From: an uncultured virus (IMG/VR IMGVR_UViG_2061766007_000180)
Taxonomy: Duplodnaviria; Heunggongvirae; Uroviricota; Caudoviricetes
IMG/VR virus record: IMGVR_UViG_2061766007_000180
Reading direction: 5' to 3' (one strand)
Length of the DNA stretch: 20,000 nucleotides
The notes beneath the pieces are model-generated. The model made no database searches, was not told the origin of the DNA, and was given only the letters and a program-made list of their open reading frames with translations. Positions 16,098 to 20,000 of the stretch are shown here, piece after piece; position 1 is the stretch's first letter, and every line of letters starts with the position of its first letter. Both the position numbers and the translations under genes were made by a program.

Positions 16098-16178
16098 AGT
16101 CAACTACTCGCTACCTATCTGCTTATCCAGTGCAGTTTCGCAGCCAAAGTTTGTCCGTTGCGCGGCGTGTAGTTGACT
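16098..16178. ncRNA. Candidate structured element (three-way junction)
   Basis: AGTCAACTAC/GTAGTTGACT outer stem extended by CGCT/GGCG; inner CTGC/GCAG and CGCAGC/GTTGCG hairpins. Confidence 0.5.
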
Positions 16179-16420
16179 TAAACTCCGTACAAGTAAATGG
16201 CATTTATCTTATCCACCACATAGACCAGTTCACCAAGGGTCAGGTGGCGGTCACCGATGGACAACTTGTACCCACCATGTCCTTGGTAGATGTGGATTTC
16301 TCCCTGTGGCTCTTCGGGGAGAACACGGACTGTCCGATTGAATTTCGGATTCTTGTTGTGAATAACAACATTCTCTCCCCTGCACATCAAATCAACCTCG
16401 TATTGCATCTCTTTAGTCAT
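16178..16420 (-). CDS. Hypothetical protein (80 aa)
   Basis: Promoter 16443-16471, RBS. Confidence 0.86.
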   Translation of the reverse strand: MTKEMQYEVDLMCRGENVVIHNKNPKFNRTVRVLPEEPQGEIHIYQGHGGYKLSIGDRHLTLGELVYVVDKINAIYLYGV

Positions 16421-16547
16421 GGTCTTTTCCTTTCATGCCTAGATTATAGCAAATTGCGATTCCGGTGTCAATCAAAACCTAAAACTAAAAATTTCTTATG
16501 TTTTCGCTTGACTTCTCGAAGATTCGTTCTATTTTTCCGAAAGGGTC

Positions 16548-16569
16548 GGCCAGTCCGCTAGGACTGGCC
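16548..16569 (-). terminator. Hairpin after the WYL_2-like gene
   Basis: GGCCAGTCC/GGACTGGCC; weak U-tract. Confidence 0.55.
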
Positions 16570-16591
16570 TCATTCTCTCTTGGCAGTGCAA

Positions 16592-16915
16592 TCACAAAAC
16601 TGCGATTTTTCCTTCAACTGTCCGCAGGTTGATGGTGCGTGGCTGGACTTCTCCCTCGCCGATGATCTCCTGTATGGTAATCATGTCGGCGGCGCACTTT
16701 GAGGCCACGATGCGACGGCCGATGTTCGTGGTGCGCAGACCAAACGTTTCGTTATATTCGCGGCCAGGAACGAAGGTCACTGGACGGAGTGTCCCATCCT
16801 TTTTGCGGAAGGTCAACCGAACGCGACGATTCTGATGGCGCAGAAGGAAGTTCGCGATTTCCAAGACCTTCGCGTCTGTGGAGTGGTTTGCGACATTGAT
16901 GAGTGACTGGTTCAT
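16592..16915 (-). CDS. WYL_2 / SH3-like beta-barrel protein (107 aa)
   Basis: VRLTFRKKDGTLR ... RTINLRTV pattern; promoter 16954-16982. Confidence 0.72.
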   Translation of the reverse strand: MNQSLINVANHSTDAKVLEIANFLLRHQNRRVRLTFRKKDGTLRPVTFVPGREYNETFGLRTTNIGRRIVASKCAADMITIQEIIGEGEVQPRTINLRTVEGKIAVL

Positions 16916-16978
16916 GGTTTTTCTCCTGTTGTGTTGTTTTCGTTTATGCCTAGATTATACCAAACTTTCCGATGAATG

Positions 16979-17098
16979 TCAAGCGTTCCGAAGAGGAATT
17001 TTCGCGAGAATGTGGATGACTGTCCTCGCTTGCCTGTCTGAGATGATTCCGGCCTTGACTGCGGATTTGAGGTCTGCGATGAGTTTCTTGTAGTTCAT
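16979..17098 (-). CDS. Small basic peptide (39 aa)
   Basis: Hand-translated MNYKKLIADLKSAVKAGIISDRQARTVIHILAKIPLRNA; promoter 17123-17151. Confidence 0.78.
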   Translation of the reverse strand: MNYKKLIADLKSAVKAGIISDRQARTVIHILAKIPLRNA

Positions 17099-17152
17099 GT
17101 CTTGTTTTCCTTTCATGCCTCTATTATACCAAATTTCTCCAGTATAGTCAAG

Positions 17153-17326
17153 TTATTTCTTGAAGATTTTCTTATAAGGATTCGGAGGATACCATACAGG
17201 ATAGACGTAGACTTTCATTCCAAGTTCAAGCGCGAGACGTTCGGCATAAGCAAGTGCATCGGCATGGGTTCTGAACCTGACGCGTTTTTCGGTTCCGTCT
17301 TCGTATCTCACTTCATACAGTTTCAT
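17153..17326 (-). CDS. Small hypothetical protein (57 aa)
   Basis: Hand-translated MKLYEVRYEDGTEKRVRFRTHADALAYAERLALELGMKVYVYPVWYPPNPYKKIFKK; promoter 17350-17378. Confidence 0.82.
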   Translation of the reverse strand: MKLYEVRYEDGTEKRVRFRTHADALAYAERLALELGMKVYVYPVWYPPNPYKKIFKK

Positions 17327-17378
17327 GGTTCGTTTCCTTTCATGTCTAGATTATACCAAACCTTCGCGTGGATGTCAA

Positions 17379-17639
17379 TCAAAACGGACAGATATTGATT
17401 TTGCTATCATACCAGTTGATATTCTCCCATTTGTATTTTCCGCTGAAGAGAAACTTCCCGTCCTCGTAGACGTTCATGCAAATACTGTCGCAGTTTCCAC
17501 CAACATCGGGATATTCCTTCTTGAAATAGCCAAGGAGGGATTCCTTTGCCGCCGAGACGTCCTTGACGATGATTTCAAGACTATCGTTCCATCCGGGGTC
17601 ATACTCGCTAGACCAGCAGAACTCGATTTTCAGTTTCAT
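17379..17639 (-). CDS. Hypothetical protein (86 aa)
   Basis: Start MKLKIE after promoter 17664-17692. Confidence 0.86.
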   Translation of the reverse strand: MKLKIEFCWSSEYDPGWNDSLEIIVKDVSAAKESLLGYFKKEYPDVGGNCDSICMNVYEDGKFLFSGKYKWENINWYDSKINICPF

Positions 17640-17836
17640 TGTCTGTTTTCCTTTCATGCCTAGATTATACCAAACTCCAAGGCTGGTGTCAATCAAAACC
17701 TAAAACTAAAAATTTCTCATATTTTCACTTGACTTCTTGAAGATTCGTGCTATTTTTCCGAAAGGTTCTTCCCGAAAAGACCCCGGCCCCCTAGGAAAAG
17801 GGCCTGGCTCCATCGGGAAAATCGGGTTCCGGCCTG

Positions 17837-18052
17837 TCAGACAAGCCGGAAGTGGGAGAATTTGATCGTTTCGGTTGCCCGCCACACGCGCTTTCTCGTG
17901 AAAAAGGCAATCTGATTCTTGAACTCCTCGTACAACTGGTCAAATACCATCTCTATTGCGACATCCGCGTCCGGAGCCTGCACACGAACCTCACGGAGGG
18001 TTGTGTTTCCGGTATCGATCTCGACCTCAACGATGTAGTCTGTCATGTCCAT
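17837..18052 (-). CDS. Hypothetical protein (71 aa)
   Basis: Start MDMTDY after promoter 18080-18108. Confidence 0.85.
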   Translation of the reverse strand: MDMTDYIVEVEIDTGNTTLREVRVQAPDADVAIEMVFDQLYEEFKNQIAFFTRKRVWRATETIKFSHFRLV

Positions 18053-18135
18053 GGTTCTGTTCCTTTCGTTCATGCCTAGATTATACCAAACGATCGTTCC
18101 GATGTCAAGTGAAATCGAAACGACCGTCAACATAT

Positions 18136-18474
18136 TCAATCTATTTCCAGACATCTATGTATCTCAATACCCAAAGGAATTGTAGTCTCACGCCACCATG
18201 AACGATCAACCGCATATCCACCTCTCATCTGGAACGGGTGATTATGTTTTTCACAGTAATCAAAATCGTTTGAAGGGTGGCATTCCTTTGTCCATTCAAT
18301 CCATTTGCCATCTTCAAAGACTTCAATTTTGGTCTTAAATGCCTCTCTTTTGAAGATTTTGAACTTGACAGATTTCCCGATGGTGTCACTTCCGTCATCG
18401 TAATACAGGAACTTCACTTCCTCACCATCAGAAAAGTTTTTCTCAATCAAAGCAATCAATTCTTCTTTTTTCAT
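18136..18474 (-). CDS. Hypothetical protein, AT-rich gene (112 aa)
   Basis: Promoter 18500-18528, GAGGA RBS. Confidence 0.87.
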   Translation of the reverse strand: MKKEELIALIEKNFSDGEEVKFLYYDDGSDTIGKSVKFKIFKREAFKTKIEVFEDGKWIEWTKECHPSNDFDYCEKHNHPFQMRGGYAVDRSWWRETTIPLGIEIHRCLEID

Positions 18475-18534
18475 GGTCTTTTCCTCTCTTTGTGCCTAGA
18501 TTATACCAAACGATCATTCCGGTGTCAAGCGAAA

Positions 18535-18636
18535 TCAGTACGTAATCTCATAGACTATCGCCAAAAGAATGGCTGCTAGGAGAACACCTACGACTACCGT
18601 CACCGCCGACAGCAGAGGAAGCAGTAAAATTTCCAT
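18535..18636 (-). CDS. Single-TM peptide (33 aa)
   Basis: Hand-translated MEILLLPLLSAVTVVVGVLLAAILLAIVYEITY; AGGAG RBS. Confidence 0.72.
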   Translation of the reverse strand: MEILLLPLLSAVTVVVGVLLAAILLAIVYEITY

Positions 18637-18665
18637 TTCTTTTCTCCTATTGATCAAATTATTGA

Positions 18666-18806
18666 TTATGCTGCCATTATGTCTTCGTACCCGAAGACCA
18701 GGGCCTGCGACACGTTGAAGTTGAACAGGTACATGATGTCCATGAGTTTGTCCAACTGGGAGTCTGTGAGAGACTTTAGGATTTCATGTTGCCTTGAGAT
18801 TCTCAT
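18666..18806 (-). CDS. Small hypothetical protein (46 aa)
   Basis: Start MRISRQ, GGAGG RBS, promoter 18828-18856. Confidence 0.82.
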   Translation of the reverse strand: MRISRQHEILKSLTDSQLDKLMDIMYLFNFNVSQALVFGYEDIMAA

Positions 18807-18901
18807 GTGCTTTCCTCCTATGCCTATATTATACCGAATCGTTGCCTTCCGGTCAAGCAAAACCTTCCGAAAAAAAGATCGTGGCCGAAGAGAAATTTCG
18901 C

Positions 18902-18930
18902 TTGACTTTGATTTGAAGACATGATATAAT
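18902..18930 (+). promoter_or_regulatory. Plus-strand sigma70-type promoter
   Basis: TTGACT-N17-TATAAT with TG extension. Confidence 0.75.
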
Positions 18931-19016
18931 ATTAGGGGGAGGTATTTTCGGAAAATATCACAAATCTTAAAATAGTTAAGCAAAAAGATAAAGATTTTTT
19001 AGTTTTCTTTGTTTGC

Positions 19017-19045
19017 TTGACTGTTGTCCAATATTCTGGTATAAT
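19017..19045 (+). promoter_or_regulatory. Plus-strand P-type promoter
   Basis: TTGACT-N17-TATAAT-CTAGGCAT. Confidence 0.9.
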
Positions 19046-19082
19046 CTAGGCATACTGAATGAAACGAGAAGGAGATCAAACC

Positions 19083-19229
19083 ATGTTCACCAGAGCGCAA
19101 ATTCTAAGACTTTTCTCGGAAGAATCGTTCTTCCACAACGGACAGGTTGTCGTGTTGATTAACGGTCAATATCTATCACTTGACCAGTTGATAAAAACCC
19201 TTCTCATAATGGGGTTAATTGTGGAATAA
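19083..19229 (+). CDS. Small hypothetical protein (48 aa)
   Basis: Hand-translated MFTRAQILRLFSEESFFHNGQVVVLINGQYLSLDQLIKTLLIMGLIVE; AAGGAG RBS. Confidence 0.78.
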   Translation: MFTRAQILRLFSEESFFHNGQVVVLINGQYLSLDQLIKTLLIMGLIVE

Positions 19230-19242
19230 TCTGTCATTTTGC

Positions 19243-19271
19243 TTGACTGGATCATAACATTCTGGTATAAT
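19243..19271 (+). promoter_or_regulatory. Plus-strand P-type promoter
   Basis: TTGACT-N17-TATAAT-CTAGGCAT. Confidence 0.9.
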
Positions 19272-19313
19272 CTAGGCATAAAACGAAAACCACCTAACAA
19301 GAAAGGAAAAACC

Positions 19314-19487
19314 ATGAACGAAACGAATGCCACGAAACCTGCTGCCGGAATGATTCAGCCCCGGTATGGGAAGTACGGAATAACTGGATGGGATGCAATC
19401 GTCACCGGACTTGACCTTGTGTTTTTCGCCACGAAAAAGAAAGCCGCAGATTGGATGAAAGCGAACGGCTACGAAATTGTGGGATAA
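19314..19487 (+). CDS. Small hypothetical protein (57 aa)
   Basis: Start MNETNA with AAAGGA RBS. Confidence 0.83.
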   Translation: MNETNATKPAAGMIQPRYGKYGITGWDAIVTGLDLVFFATKKKAADWMKANGYEIVG

Positions 19488-19495
19488 AATCCAAA

Positions 19496-19880
19496 GAGGG
19501 GGGGTATTGAGGTGGTATGTCAACCATATCCACCTTACTTTTTTCTAAAAATGATCGATTTTTTTGGTTGACGGGGGGAGGGGGTTATGGTATTTTTCCG
19601 AAACGACCCCCATACCCCCGATGCGTTTTCCGAAGGTGGGAGGGGGGTAGGGGAGGTGTATCATTCTGACACACCCCTCCCCAAGGGAGGGTTCTTTCGG
19701 TCAACCCCCACTTAGAGGGGGATTTACGGGGTTGCCAAAACAACCCCACCCCCTCTGACCATCCCGATCCTTCAGCCGGATTCCCCCTTCGCCGAAGGGG
19801 TAACCTTCAGACCGTGGGTGGGGGTGGGGGTTGTAACCCCCCTTTTAACCCCCCAAAATCGCGGGACACGCGAGGGGGTA
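19496..19880. other. Non-coding G/C-homopolymer region with many short inverted repeats
   Basis: G4-7 and C4-6 runs; CCCTCC/GGAGGG, GGGGTTG/CAACCCC, CCCCTTC/GAAGGGG, GGGGTTGTAACCCC. Confidence 0.8.
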
Positions 19881-19950
19881 AAATGGCCTTTCTACTGATA
19901 GAAGAAAAAGTTATCAACATGTTATGAACAGGTCTCCCTCACTCCTGAGG

Positions 19951-20000
19951 TCCGAGATTCATCCTTCCGAGATTCATCCTTCCGAGATTCATCCTTCCGA
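19951..20000. repeat. 15-bp tandem repeat TCCGAGATTCATCCT (at least 3.3 copies, runs off window)
   Basis: Exact units start at 19951, 19966 and 19981; a partial unit starts at 19996. Confidence 0.95.

Larger units (their letters stand above)
837..17763 (+). repeat. Dispersed promoter-like element Q (TTGACT-N16-TATTTTTCCGAAA), 13 plus-strand copies
   Basis: TTGACT starts at 837, 3654, 4404, 5769, 8736, 9932, 11414, 12536, 13147, 15139, 16014, 16508 and 17729. All have a 16-bp spacer to TATTTT (TAGTTT at 9954), followed by (T)CCGAAA. Inverted copies lie at about 13987-14020 and 18947-18979; a 17-bp-spacer copy lies at 19568-19603. Confidence 0.9.
16464..17765. repeat. 81-bp near-identical direct repeat (16464-16544 and 17685-17765)
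   Basis: The -35, linker and Q element are duplicated with 5 mismatches. Confidence 0.9.
430..18856 (-). promoter_or_regulatory. Array of 41 sigma70-type promoter + leader/RBS cassettes (P elements)
   Basis: -10 to -35 spans, all with 17-bp spacers: 430-458, 762-790, 1188-1216, 1647-1675, 2112-2140, 3216-3244, 3578-3606, 4338-4366, 4785-4813, 5415-5443, 5702-5730, 6972-7000, 7313-7341, 8282-8310, 8671-8699, 9599-9627, 9867-9895, 10427-10455, 10736-10764, 11118-11146, 11349-11377, 11735-11763, 12090-12118, 12293-12321, 12471-12499, 13082-13110, 13581-13609, 13907-13935, 14787-14815, 15073-15101, 15512-15540, 15778-15806, 15949-15977, 16443-16471, 16954-16982, 17123-17151, 17350-17378, 17664-17692, 18080-18108, 18500-18528, 18828-18856. 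Consensus TTGACA/T-N14-TGG-TATAAT-CTAGGCAT-(G/A)AAAGGAAA-N-ATG. -10 variants: TATACT, TAGAAT, TATGAT. Confidence 0.95.

Noticed and set aside
16098..16178. HEARO/omegaRNA (IscB), retron msr-msd or hammerhead ribozyme
   Set aside because: The GTCAAC...GTTGACTAG ends are reminiscent of HEARO, but the element is short, no IscB or reverse transcriptase is nearby, and there is no CTGATGA core.
430..18856. CRISPR array interpretation of the regular repeats
   Set aside because: The repeats are degenerate promoters, the intervening segments are roughly 150-1250 bp of ORFs, and no cas genes are present.
430..18856. Classical integron (attC) array
   Set aside because: No integrase in the window, no consistent RYYYAAC...GTTRRRY attC boxes at the junctions, and the cassettes carry their own promoters.
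3..18924. Plus-strand ORFs of the track (e.g. 3-482, 401-1033, 3374-4060, 5694-6413, 7763-8455)
   Set aside because: They are antisense shadows of minus-strand genes, cross promoters and terminators, and lack RBSs.
455..18983. Long N-terminal extensions in the ORF track (e.g. 455-940, 4005-4535, 5440-6195, 8873-9805, 14097-14909) and the recurring peptide 'VWYNLG'
   Set aside because: These are translations of the promoter unit itself (TGGTATAATCTAGGC = WYNLG); starts were reset to the RBS-led ATG.

Overview
This window is a very dense array of about 52 short minus-strand ORFs (mostly 35-150 aa, mostly of unknown function), followed by two plus-strand ORFs after a divergence point near 18.9 kb. 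It most resembles the early/host-takeover region of a large phage; the leading region of a conjugative element is the alternative. I counted 41 minus-strand sigma70-type promoters (TTGAC[ATGC]-N17-TATAAT or a close variant, usually with an extended -10 TG) and 3 on the plus strand. Each is fused to a stereotyped leader (CTAGGCAT[GA]AAAGGAAAA..ATG), so most genes are self-contained promoter-RBS-ORF cassettes, and the next promoter often supplies the stop codon. Thirteen of the minus-strand promoters sit back-to-back with a second conserved element (TTGACT-N16-TATTTTTCCGAAA) at 36-38 or 46-47 bp, usually followed by a GC-rich hairpin. Families recognised by eye from motifs: DUF932, DUF4313, GP88-like, WYL_2/SH3-like and a papain-like GDCxxRA protein. 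Non-coding highlights are a 119-nt tRNA-like RNA with a second T-loop module, an 81-nt structured element, a 55-bp perfect direct repeat flanking one AT-rich ORF, and a G/C-tract region ending in a 15-bp tandem repeat. No searches were run.
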